Below are positions 53,334 through 64,000 of a stretch of 64,000 nt of DNA, piece after piece. The stretch lies in NCBI GenBank assembly GCA_038496445.1, contig JALMLS010000081.1, positions 142,214-206,213 of the forward strand, given 5' to 3'. Position 1 is the stretch's first letter; each line of letters opens with the position of its first letter. This DNA is from Trichosphaerium sp. ATCC 40318 (Eukaryota > Protista > Tubulinea). The notes beneath the pieces are model-generated. The model made no database searches. It saw only the letters and a list, made by a program, of their open reading frames with translations, and was not told the origin of the DNA. A program made the position numbers and the translations under genes.

Positions 53334-54531
53334 TAAATCGCGTTTAGGTTCGTCTGGCCTTCTATGAGTATCTCTATTTATAGCCTTGTTAGATAACGAA
53401 CAACCACATCACGTGACAGATGAAAAAAAACCGAAACGATGCGAAAACTTTTTTTTTTTTTTTTTGATTTGGTTTTTTTTCACTTGGGTTTTTTGTTTTT
53501 GTCGTCTTGTATAGGTTTGTATACGTACTGTATTACGATGTATTTAACTGGATTGTTAAAACTTTGTGAGACTGTTTTATAATTCTGCTTGGAGACCTTT
53601 TTCTTTTGTCTGTAATGTAACATTTGATTTTTTTTAGAGTCTTTTGGATTTTTTTGGGTCTGCTGGGGTTAGAGTACAGTGTCTACTTTTTCTTCTTGTG
53701 TATCACGATCTATTTCCACCCTTGGTATAGTAAATTTCCAGAGATGCGTGTGTTGTCAGATGATGATATTATGTGACTAAGTTGTGGCAGGTGAAGAAAT
53801 GTTATTTAGTTTTTTTACCGTTTTTAGAAGCCATGACTTAAACAATAAATACAATAGATTCGTCTATGGTTAGATACAATGTATTAGATTACATTAAAGC
53901 ACAGCGGAGTAATTTTAAACCCTCCGTAAGAAAATATCACGTGACTGGTCGTATAAGTGTCCCAAACGCTCTTTTTGGGCTGTGATTGTTTACTACGTAA
54001 TTATTTAAACTCCGCCGCTCACTTTTTGGAGACAATACCGACATTGTCCTTTTTTCGGCTTACTAGCGTGTGTAACGCTTTTTATACAAAGTAGAGCCCA
54101 ATGCTGCTTTCGAAAAGTTTTCTCTTTTTTCCCTTTTCGAAAATAAAGCACTGTGTGTCGACATCGCTAGCTGTGTACTTTTATCTTGGCGGTTTTTATA
54201 CTAACCTTTCTATAGCTTCACGTGACTGGTTTTTTTTACATGAACGCGCATTGTAAAATCGCGTTTAGTGTACGATATCTCTTGTGTCATTTACTTGCGC
54301 AGACAATTGTCTACCAGAGCTTCGTTATATAACGTACGTAGCGACTATGCTAGCGAAGCCAAACAGAAATAATTTCGACCTTCAGTCTTCTAGCATCTCC
54401 ATACACGAGCACAAGATGAAATGTAAAATATTGTATTACTGGTTGTAACAAAGAACAGTTGAAATTTAAACACGTGCTACGAAATAACACTACAATATTA
54501 TACTTCCACGTAGGTATTGTAAATCGAAGGC

Positions 54532-54777
54532 ATGAATTTATTGCAGCTTCCTACAGAGATAATAGCGCACATCTTGCGTCAAAACAACCAAATCGCGATG
54601 AAAAGCTTGTCAAACTTGTCATTTCCTTGCTTCAAACGTTCATGTTATTGGATAGCACGCCATTACACTTACAAAGTACTCAAGCGAAATCAGTTTGGAT
54701 TCTTACATAAAAAAATCACGCTGAGTACATGTGTTTCTGACGATAACATTGTCAAACAGCAAATTCTTCAAAATTAG
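54532..54777 (+). pseudogene. Truncated or degenerate F-box gene
   Basis: MNLLQLPTEIIAHIL F-box start; ORF ends after 81 aa with no clear continuation. Confidence 0.45.
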
Positions 54778-55436
54778 GCTTCAGAGTCCAGAAAATAGCA
54801 GAAAAGTCTTGTTTTTTTTAGTTGTCCGTGTAGCAAGAATCGAACAAATCTGATCGTCTCCCTCTGTAGTCCATATTTACCGTTCTTTATGGCGTATGAG
54901 AATGTTGCTGGAGGTCGTACTACAGACCTTACTAGTAACTTAAGGCGTCAAAACACATGCTGAGGTTCATACCATTAAGCTTCGCAGCACTGCATGATGA
55001 AGTGCAACTAAACCATTTACTACTTTTCCATGTTGGCTGTATAATATCTAACCACTGCCAGCAGAGATGTGCTGCTACCACGTTGTTCAGAACTTGTTGG
55101 TTTTTGTATAAAACCTGTGCTACATACAGGAACCTTTTTAAATACAGTTTCTGTGGTCACATGTGCTACAGCTTGCAATAATACGGCTCCCATGTAACAA
55201 TATTTACAACCATGTGAAAGACAGAATCAAAGCATCATTGTTGTCGAAGTGTCTGTAAAACAAAGAAAAAAAAAAAGAGGAGAAAACTACCATCCGATGT
55301 GGAAGTGTTTTTCTCCATTTTTCTGCTACTTACAGGTGGAATTCCTGGAGAGGCTGTAAAACAATGTACTTTGTACGTCATATTGTCGCAGGAGTATCAA
55401 AACGTTTATTTAGTGAGTGTGGTGTCGTGTGGTACG

Positions 55437-55502
55437 AGAATAATTCTATTTCATGGCGCAAGGCTTCGAAAGAGTTTTCCAAGCGCCTATCATATTTATT
55501 CT
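55437..55502 (-). promoter_or_regulatory. SECIS element (form II) of selenoprotein copy 2
   Basis: Identical by eye to 33402-33467, with the same helix I, GA quartet, helix II and apical As. Confidence 0.93.
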
Positions 55503-55550
55503 AACGCAAACAAGAGTATTCACTCGTTGTTTTGATTGTCCAGAAGCCAT

Positions 55551-56034
55551 CTATTGAAAATTCGCTTTAATAGCGTTGATGACCTACCATTTGTTAGTTT
55601 TATGCTTAAGAACCATGATGGCGTGCCGGCGCGTGGTTTTTCATGTGATGGCCCGTAGATAACTTAGAATAGTAAAGATTTCCCTTGTGGTCCATCACCT
55701 CGAATGCTCCTTCTCTAAAGACATAATTAAAAAGGACAATAAAGCAAATTAGAATTAATTACCTTGGTTTTCCACCTAAAATCGTTGGATGGTTACCTGC
55801 AATAGCAAGCTTTGGCATAGCGGCTTGAAGCGCATGTGCGAAAGCTTTGGAGGAAAAAATGTCAGAAAGTCGTTTTCATCCACTAAACGCTGGTAACATA
55901 CCTTGAAATTGCCGGTTGTAACCTCACCCGGTACTAAAACACGATTGTAAGTATAAACGACTTCATCGAGCTCTAAGTGTGGCTTACCAGTATTCTATGT
56001 GTACCCATTCGTATGCTGCTTCTTTTGCTGCCAT
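55551..56034 (-). CDS. SELENOW: Selenoprotein W-like (Rdx family), copy 2, 93 aa, Sec encoded by TGA at 55924-55926
   Basis: Exons 56034-55988, 55933-55902, 55844-55763, 55714-55627, 55583-55551 give MAAKEAAYEWVHIEYCTGUGYNRQFQAFAHALQAAMPKLAIAGNHPTILGGKPREGAFEVMDHKGNLYYSKLSTGHHMKNHAPVINAIKANFQ. Confidence 0.92.
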
Positions 56035-56351
56035 TCTCTGTTTCTTTCAATAATGTACTTGGATACTACCGTTGACTTTGTTGATTTCCTTTTTTTTTTT
56101 TTGAAAGAGTTCCAATGTACACTTTGCAATTCACGTAAACACCCTTATTATTAGGTCGGTGTGATAACGCCAAGACCCATGAGAATCAAAATTACGTGAG
56201 GCAAGTGTGTCGTGTAAACCACTATGCCAAACTTGCCAACTGCTAGAGTGAGGTGGAACATTACATTGTACAAAAAGGGTTTATTTTTGAGATACAAAAG
56301 AAGAAGTTGGCTACACTTGCTACCAGATTGGTCGTTGTTAACATGGCTGGA

Positions 56352-59338
56352 TCACACAAATTGATTTGTCTTCATGATCATAGATACGACATTTCCTGTC
56401 TTTGAGAAACCTAGTTGAAAAGTTAAAATGGCTCTAATAACAGTGGTGTCAACGCACAATTTTAGACTCCGCATAACTGATTTACTGTATGCTCCATGTA
56501 TACAAACAGTTTCTAGCGATGGCGACATACCAACAAACTTCTCAAAAGCATCTGAACTAACTTGTGAACCTAGTATAGGTTCAAATCTTTCCATTGTTGG
56601 AACTACAGCAATGTTAACAAAATCTTTTTACTTAGAAAAAAGCAACGCACATTTAAGACCATCTAGGGATTTCCACGACATCTCTACGATAAGAGTGCTA
56701 AAACTACAACAAACCGAATTAGTAAATAGGTCCAGTTAATTTGCTTACTCCTTTGATGGATGTGCATTCTTGAACGGAGCACAGACGGTGTCTTTCAGGT
56801 GCAGTTGTTGTAGTGATTTCATTGAAAGTATTACATTCCTAACAGCTTTGCCATCTGTATAGTGCGATAACTTCAAGTTTGATATCAAACTACACTTTTC
56901 TACAATAATGCTCAATAATAGAAACAAATTATCAAGTTGAATTAAAAAACTGTATGCCTACCTGCAATTGTTTTCAAATGAATTGAGGAAACAATATATG
57001 ACGATACATCAAGTTCGCACAAGTGTTGGAATGAAACATCACAACTGAGGAATATTCTGTTTGGAATTGAAGTTTTCGGAATTATGAGCTAAATGGTAGG
57101 TTAGTGTAAATAGCAAAAGAAAGCTCATTAGGGAAACCATACCCGTAATTTCTTTAGTAATGTAAATTTCTGTTCTATGAGGCGCCTGCATTCCTCTACC
57201 TCATCCTTGTTTTGAAACGCAGCAAGAATAATATCCACCTCTTTTAAATCACACGGAATCCTACAACAGTTAACTTTCACTTATGTCATATTTATATAAG
57301 CTAGCTCACATTTCCAGAAGGGGTAATAGAGTACTAGTTCCCAGCTTGATAGTCAAGCGTTTAAGTTGCAAACAAAAAGGCTCTGTAAATAAAAACCCTG
57401 TGTTAGTAACAATCCAACAACACAACATGACTTACTTGGGCTTTTATCCGTATTTACTAACTCTAAAGGTACAAAAGTCAGTATAGTATATTGAGTGGGA
57501 ATTAAAAGTACCCTTTGCATCTATCTTTAAGTACGAAATATTTGGTACTTTTCTTAACAGCTTAAGGTCAAATGTATTTTCAGGGACCATAGGATTGACA
57601 TGGTCATAAACAAATAATTGGCTGAGCATCGGCATTGGATCAATCGCAGAAAGGTCTGAATTTGATATAGACAGTTTTTTGCAAGTCTTGACGTTGATCA
57701 AGTCCATCAAGGGCAATTTAATATTCAAGGCACAGTTTGACCACAGACTCTATAGTAACAATGATGATAAGCAATGGTTGATAACAATTGCGAGGTGTAC
57801 TTCAAATGTCAGTTGAATTGCACCAAATTCGTGATTCATTGCATAGCAAGAAGAATCAAAGAACAATTCTTTGAGGTTCGGAAACCATGAATGCAAAACT
57901 TTATGAGCGTTAGCCCAATTGAAGCCACTAACATCAAGTGCCACCAATGAAGGCAGACACAGTGGATCAAAGTCTTTTTTTGATAGCTTTTTGGAACGTT
58001 TGGGCATCCTAGGATAAAGATAAGCAGCTTTACGATGTTGATTAGATGGTACTAACCCAAGTTTAACAAGAGAAGTTTGCCTAGATATTTGTACGAATAA
58101 AGAACGAACTGTATCTACTTCCCAGTCTCTGGCATCAATACCAGACAAGTTCAAATGTGTAAGTTTTTCACATTTACTTATTGCCGAAATGATATATTCA
58201 GGCTTTAACCAGCCGCAACCACTAAGTCTAAAGTAGAATGAGTATCTTCGAATAAGAAAAAGTCTGGAACCAGTTTGAGGTTTATCATGATGTTTGTTGT
58301 AGTACCTTAGCGTTTGAACCATATCGGAGCATTCTGTAATCTTACTCAATAAAACTAAGTCTGTTATCCAACAGCTATAATAAGACAAACTATTAGTGCT
58401 TGAAAAACTATGAAAGATCTTCAAATGATTTGAGACTTGCGTAATTTTCAGAACAAATCCCGGTTGCTCAATAGAGCTACGAAAGGCCTATTACGCTCTA
58501 AATAGCGTCAAACCACATTCCGGCACTGTCATTTTGATTGGTAGCCAGTTTTTTTCTCGTTTTGAAATAAAATCACGTGCGCGCGTAATCTGGTGTTTGT
58601 TTTAGCGATTTACATCACGCAGCTTTTTTGGAGTAAAACAAAAGTAATAATCGAAAAAAAGTGGCTACCAATCAAAATGACAGTCTCAGAATGTGGTTTG
58701 ACGCTGTTTAGAGCGTACTAGGCCATTCGTAGCTCTATTGAGCAACCGGGTTTTGTATTGGCAATTACGGCTTTCAAATACAAACCAATACATACTTATC
58801 TAATTCAATGGTTCTGCCAAATGCAAATTGTGCTGCTTGTTTCCAATGGAGACACACTTGACTTAAATGGCGTCTTTGGAATTTTGTCAAATGCTCAAAA
58901 ATCATAACCACAATCTCCGTTGGCATATCTCCAAAGTTGCATAGCTTTACCGCGTCTTCGTCACATACCTTTACAAGGGAATTAAAACAAGTAAAAACAT
59001 TTTTAAGGTGACAGGAAACCTTCATACCGCTTGGTATAAATCCCGCTCTAATTTTCTTAAACCCTGCTGCATCGTTCCAAAGATCGAGTTAAAGTTGCTT
59101 ATCTCCGACTAAAGGCGACGATTATTTGTGTCGGGTGTGTATAAACCAATAGCATACCGATTCATTAATCAAGTCCTTGTTTGTTTCCAAAAGACTCTGT
59201 AATTGCCTTACAAACGCTAGTCGATCACTGTCGCGTATATTGTTGCGTGTTGTATTTGACTTGGTACGTTTTCTGGGAGAGATAGTCTAAAACCGTTTTA
59301 GATGAATAGATGATATTAACAAGTACTTTTAGTGACAT
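56352..59338 (-). CDS. F-box plus degenerate LRR protein, spliced
   Basis: FGDMPTEIVVMIFEHL...LSQVCLHWK F-box; LRR-like CEKLTHLNLSG, LPSLVALDVSG, FPNLKELFF; both ends approximate. Confidence 0.7.
58440..58769. mobile_element. MITE/foldback-like element with about 100-120 bp terminal inverted repeats
   Basis: 58459-58556 (CCCGGTTGCTCAATAGAGCTACGAA...GGTAGCCAGTTTTTTTC) is the reverse complement of 58653-58750 with few mismatches; degenerate extension out to CGTAATT/AATTACG; no ORF. Confidence 0.8.
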
Positions 59339-60497
59339 GTGGCTGTAACAGTTATGATGATGAATTTCTCTTTTTTTAGTGAAAAGAAGACTGAAAACGA
59401 ACCGATTTTTTGGTAAGACGCTAGTCCATATGCTAGACATACCGTGATATTTCTCTTTTTTGTTTGTGGCTTGCTAACGCCAAGCAAAATTAAACATTGT
59501 TGAGAATTACAGACAATTTTTGTGTTTTGCATTTAACCCTTTCTCAGTTTGAAGTACGGCCTTGAAACTAAGATTTCTATATTGCACATAAGATTGTAGT
59601 ACTTGGAACATAAAAACGAAGGCCTACAAAAGCACCACAAGTGTATTTCAGCGTTATCACGAAAACATTGTTTTACATGTACTACCCTACGCGTAGGTAG
59701 TTGTTTTTCGTTATTTATATGAAGGTTTGCGCGTATTTTATAAAAAACAGCTGACTGTCAAGACAAATTAACTAACGACCGCCTAGACTTAAATACAGAT
59801 TAAAAAATGGACCATCCATTCAGCTACGTTTGATTTGTTTTGGTTACAAACCAGCGTAGTAATTGTATATCTGTGGAATTACACTTTTGAGTTACGCTCA
59901 CGCTGGTTGCCTTCTTGTCGCCAGGGCCCTATCCGGGGGTCGCTTTTGCCTTTATTCATGTACAGTTTTTCTCTTTCCCTAAAGGCTTTCTCACCTTCAA
60001 GTTACTGTACAGCTGCTACATGGTTAAAACCGCGTGTATGGTATGAAACTTAAAACGCTTAAAAAAACGTGTTTAATAGCTGTCACAAGCAATATCTCTT
60101 GCTAGCTTTGGGTTGCCGTTGATAATGTCTTGAATGCATTCCATTAAATTCTTCATCGTCCATAGCCGTTTGCGTGTCCAGGTTCCACTTTGGACTGCCA
60201 TTCATTTTAAACACGTGATAACCTTGAACGCCTAAAAACGAGTCCCATATCGCGATAACGCGTATATGTGAGTCAACACCACCCGACATCACCAAATGGT
60301 TACTGGTTGCAGCCAGCTCAAGAGACTTTATTGTGATTGAATGAACACGTGACATAAAAGAGATAAGAAATAGATTATGAGCGGTTAATAAATTGTTTAT
60401 TTTGCACGCTCGCGTTTTAGGTTTGTTGGCTTACTAAATTACAGATTATACAGCATACTCGCGAACAAGACTACACAAGTATTGATGTGTGTTTGGA

Positions 60498-61585
60498 TTA
60501 TTGATATTTTTTCATCTCTTCCAGGTAGTACGCAAGAGTGCATCTACAACAAATCATCAAAAAAAAAAAAAGAGTCGAATAAAAATAACAAAACGAAATT
60601 GCAAAATATTCATTTAAGCTAAAACACGTAGTCGTTACGCTCTGCGTAGTGCGTTTAATAAAAAATAAAGAATCAACTACGCGTATAAAACACGTAGATA
60701 AGTGTCTTTGTCTTTTGACACGTACGCGATTTTATCGAACTCTGGGTATGCGATAACAGTGTTTAGGAACTTGACGTCACTTATATATAGACAGATGCTC
60801 TCTATGCGCTTATCTGTCTTTGGACTTATCAAACCAGTTAATATCTTACGTATACCAATACTGAACTCTCCAATAAGCTCTGAAACCCTCTCAACTCTTT
60901 TTCCTTTTAATGTATTCGTCTTGTACCCATTACGCACAGAAGCACATATACGTCTAAAACCCGATACAAGGGAGTTAAACGAGTCGTCTGTCAACTTTTT
61001 ATCTTCATAAAGCATTAAAACCTACACAGCATGGTGAATACGATAGACAAGATATTATAGATTAATGAGAGGTATATAAGTTTCTTCAGAAATGAATTCT
61101 GCTTTAGTAAAAGGCATTTTCTGATAACTGACTGTAAAAAGTGAAAAAAAAAAAGTTCGGGGTATTTGTACCTTTACAGCAATTTTAATAATGTCTTTTT
61201 TCAATGTTTTGGCGAACTTAGGGTTGTTCTCACGTCCTACCATAATTTTGACAGTGTTCAGCAAGTCTAACGTTTCTTTGTCGACAAATTTATAAATGAG
61301 CTGTTTTCCAAGAGAGGATGAAGCAGCAGCTGATGCCATGCCCTTTTTTTTGCGATACATCCAGCTCCCTTTACCCTTTTTTTCTGGCTCTTCGTCTGAT
61401 ATATCGAAGTCTGCGTCGTCTATGTCATCTAACGTGTCTCTCTGTGCGTATTTTACAAAAACTGTGCTGATCTCTGTACAACGTACCTCTTCTTTACCAT
61501 TAGACTTTTTACCCTTCTTAGAGCCTTTTCGCGAGCGTTTTGGTGTTTTTTTTACTGGTACCTCCTCTGCGCTGTCTTTTTCCAT
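60498..61585 (-). CDS. TNFAIP8/TIPE-family (DUF758) protein
   Basis: KKGMASAAASSSLGKQLIYKFVDKETLDLL...AKTLKKDIIKIAVK|VLMLYEDK...LISPKTDKRI resembles the TNFAIP8 fold sequence. Confidence 0.75.
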
Positions 61586-61959
61586 TTGTAATGTCTGTAT
61601 TTATGTAATGGAGACGTTTGATGCCTGTTTTTAAAAAAGGAAGTGCTTTTCAACGACATTCTTGTTATGTACTATACAGCTCCAAAATCTGCATAATAAC
61701 GTTATATTACGTTATATTTAAAGTTGATTTTAACATTTAATGTACTAGCGCACCAGTTAATGCGATGATTCACAACTAACGCAGACTATACGTTCGCTAG
61801 TATAAATAGATACGTTGTATGGTGTCATGATGTCCATGACGGGGTTTTAAATCGTGTCGTCATTTCTTGCCATCTTATTTCCGCTTTACGAGTATTTAAG
61901 TATACATTATGGACAGCAAGAGTATGTATGTATTTATTTATGGCGTTTAGAGATCGTTT

Positions 61960-63296
61960 CTAGGTGGTCTTTTTCTTCTTCTTTTTGGACCAGTAACTGC
62001 GAATCGAGAAGTCCACAAACAGCCAAAACAATGTCTGTATGTATACAAAGTATACTACAGTAACTCGCCATGGGAACGCACATTCTATACAGACTGTTAA
62101 AAGTGTGTCACAATCAAAACAAGCGGAGAATCAAAGATTTTTTTGTTTTTTCGATAAGAAGCCGTTCATTTTTACTCAAAGTAGTTCAAGGCGCGTAGGC
62201 TTTGCGTATAGACCTCGGTAACGTAGAATTGTATTGTTTCACTTTGTGAAGGTGAGGACGTACTGAAGTATAATAACCAGAAGGCTTGTGCGTTCATTAG
62301 GATGAATTGAAGCAATTGCATATATGTCAAGTACTATTGAAGAAAAAAAAATCAGTCAGTACGTCATTACAAAACCAAAAAAAAAAAAAAAAAAAAGTCA
62401 ACAAAATAAAGTCTCACTTGTTTCCACCAGACACGGTATCCCAATGTAGATAAAAAGTAGTAATAATACATTGCAAGATGTACAAGGGAATTTAGAACAA
62501 CCTAAATGACACAGGTAAGTCAAGACAAACCGAGAAATTGGAAAAAACTTGTCACAAACAAAAAAGAAAAATAAATAATTTGAAGATTTTGAAAACCAAA
62601 AAAAAAAAAAAACTTGTCACAAAGTTTCTCTTCTGTACCGTACCGTTAGGTAAATATCGCCATCAAAACCGACATTAACGTTAACCCAGTATACAAAGAA
62701 GATTGTGAGATGGTGATAAACATGTAAAAATGTAAGTTGTTGCCACTTTTGACCCAATACAATGAGTATAGTGTCTAGAAAGTCAAAAACCTATAAAACG
62801 TCTTGTCAGAAGTTAAGAAAAAATGAATAGTCATCAAAAATGAATCTATTTGGCATAGAATAGCCTTTCTTACGTCTTTAGTGCATTTCCTAAGCGTAGA
62901 AACGATAAAAAACGTTCGTTTACGTACCTTGGAAAGATAAAAAACCCATAAAACAGTTGCGATGCGTGTAGAGCCTTGTTCGAATGTATTGCACACAACA
63001 TTAAAGTTATTGATAACAGCTTGTCTGATTGCTTCTCCACACATGTATGCGCATAGAAATACTTGCAATAGATTATAAACAAGCTTGGTAACCTTAAACC
63101 ACCCTTGGTTCCCAGCTGGTGAAAGACCAAGTGTTTTTACGATCGTAGGGCCAATCAACACAAATACAGCGTACGCTACGCAAGATATAACCATAAACGA
63201 AGCGGAAGTGCCAGTCCATCCTTTTGTTACAGGATTTGATATGTCTGGTGCTAAGAAGGTAAGGACTTGCTGTCCGTATTCCTCAAGCGTTTCCAT
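61960..63296 (-). CDS. ELO/GNS1-SUR4 fatty-acid elongase
   Basis: YNLLQVFLC, FYLSK|xLDFLDT, QLTFLHVYHH, NSLVHLAMYYYY, YLTYMQLLQF, C-terminal KKKKTT ER-retention-like tail. Confidence 0.95.
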
Positions 63297-64000
63297 GGCG
63301 CGATTTGTACGAGAAAATGACGAAAAAAATGAAAAAAATTACTAATTCGTTCCCAAGTCGCAAAGTTTAACAATTTACATTAAAAACCGTTTAGATGTAT
63401 TTCAACTAGCGACAAATGGCGCTAAACGCTTTTTGTTTCACAAAACAAGCACACTCGAGTGATTTTTTATAAATCTTAAGTTTAATTGCTGTTTTATTAC
63501 TCTCTTGTTGTTTTTTGATATGTTTTAAGGGTGTTTTAGCGGTTTATATGTATTTCTATGGTATTCCTTTTTTTCCCAGATACATTTCTCTCTATTTTGG
63601 CTGTGGCTTCTCTTAACGCTTCATTTTCGCTGGTGAATTAGTTTATGACTACGTTTAGTTGTATTTTATTGGTTTTAAGGTATAACACGTGCCTAGAGAA
63701 ACCAAGCGGCACGTGAGTCCAGTTTCCTTTTTTGCTTAAAACGCTCAAACAAAGATTGCTTTTTTTTGGATGGTGTGGATACCTTTTACGTTTAAACGGA
63801 TTCTCCATTTCTTTAGTAGTCATCTGTGATGCTCTACTGCGCTGTAGGCCACAAACAATCTTATTTTAGTTTTTATGAAGTTGGTTTTTTTGGGGTTGTC
63901 TCGTGGCTTCCTGGACCGATTTTTTTCGCTTTTAGTGAGCGTTTCGTTGGGCGCGATAGTTGCTTTGGTTTTTTTGTGTGAGTTGTGAGTGAAGATTTGG

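Larger units (their letters stand above)
55310..56140. repeat. Segmental duplication unit B (paired with about 33270-34135)
   Basis: Same alignment as unit A. Confidence 0.9.

Noticed and set aside
60083-60355. WD40-like fragment (SGGVDSHIRV..WD)
   Set aside because: A single weak motif with no supporting exons
1-64000. Genome-wide stop-codon reassignment
   Set aside because: TAA, TAG and TGA all end conserved genes at expected positions; most apparent ORF breaks are introns

Overview
Gene-dense, AT-rich eukaryotic DNA with many short (about 40-80 nt) spliceosomal introns and the standard genetic code. A free-living protist, possibly an amoebozoan, is my inference. I assembled about 25 genes by hand. 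They include a LIM protein, ankyrin-BTB, RhoGAP, DPYD, a RanBP2-ZnF/RGG protein, a CDF transporter, an O-fucosyltransferase, a SMARCAD1/Fun30-type helicase, DBR1, an atypical Rho GTPase, a PA14 protein, a PA-multi-TM protein, GH81, TNFAIP8-like, an ELO elongase and five F-box genes. The best signal is invisible in the ORF track: two paralogous five-exon selenoprotein genes of the SelW/Rdx type on the minus strand (33515-34007 and 55551-56034). Each has a C-x-x-U motif with an in-frame TGA, a GC-AG last intron and an identical 66-nt SECIS hairpin in the 3' UTR. Other observations are a MITE-like element inside an intron, a GH81 lacking the catalytic-base Glu, a RhoH-like GTPase, recurrent GC-AG introns, enrichment of TCACGTGA, and damaged intronless F-box repeat genes. 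Exon models were built by eye, so gene ends may be approximate.
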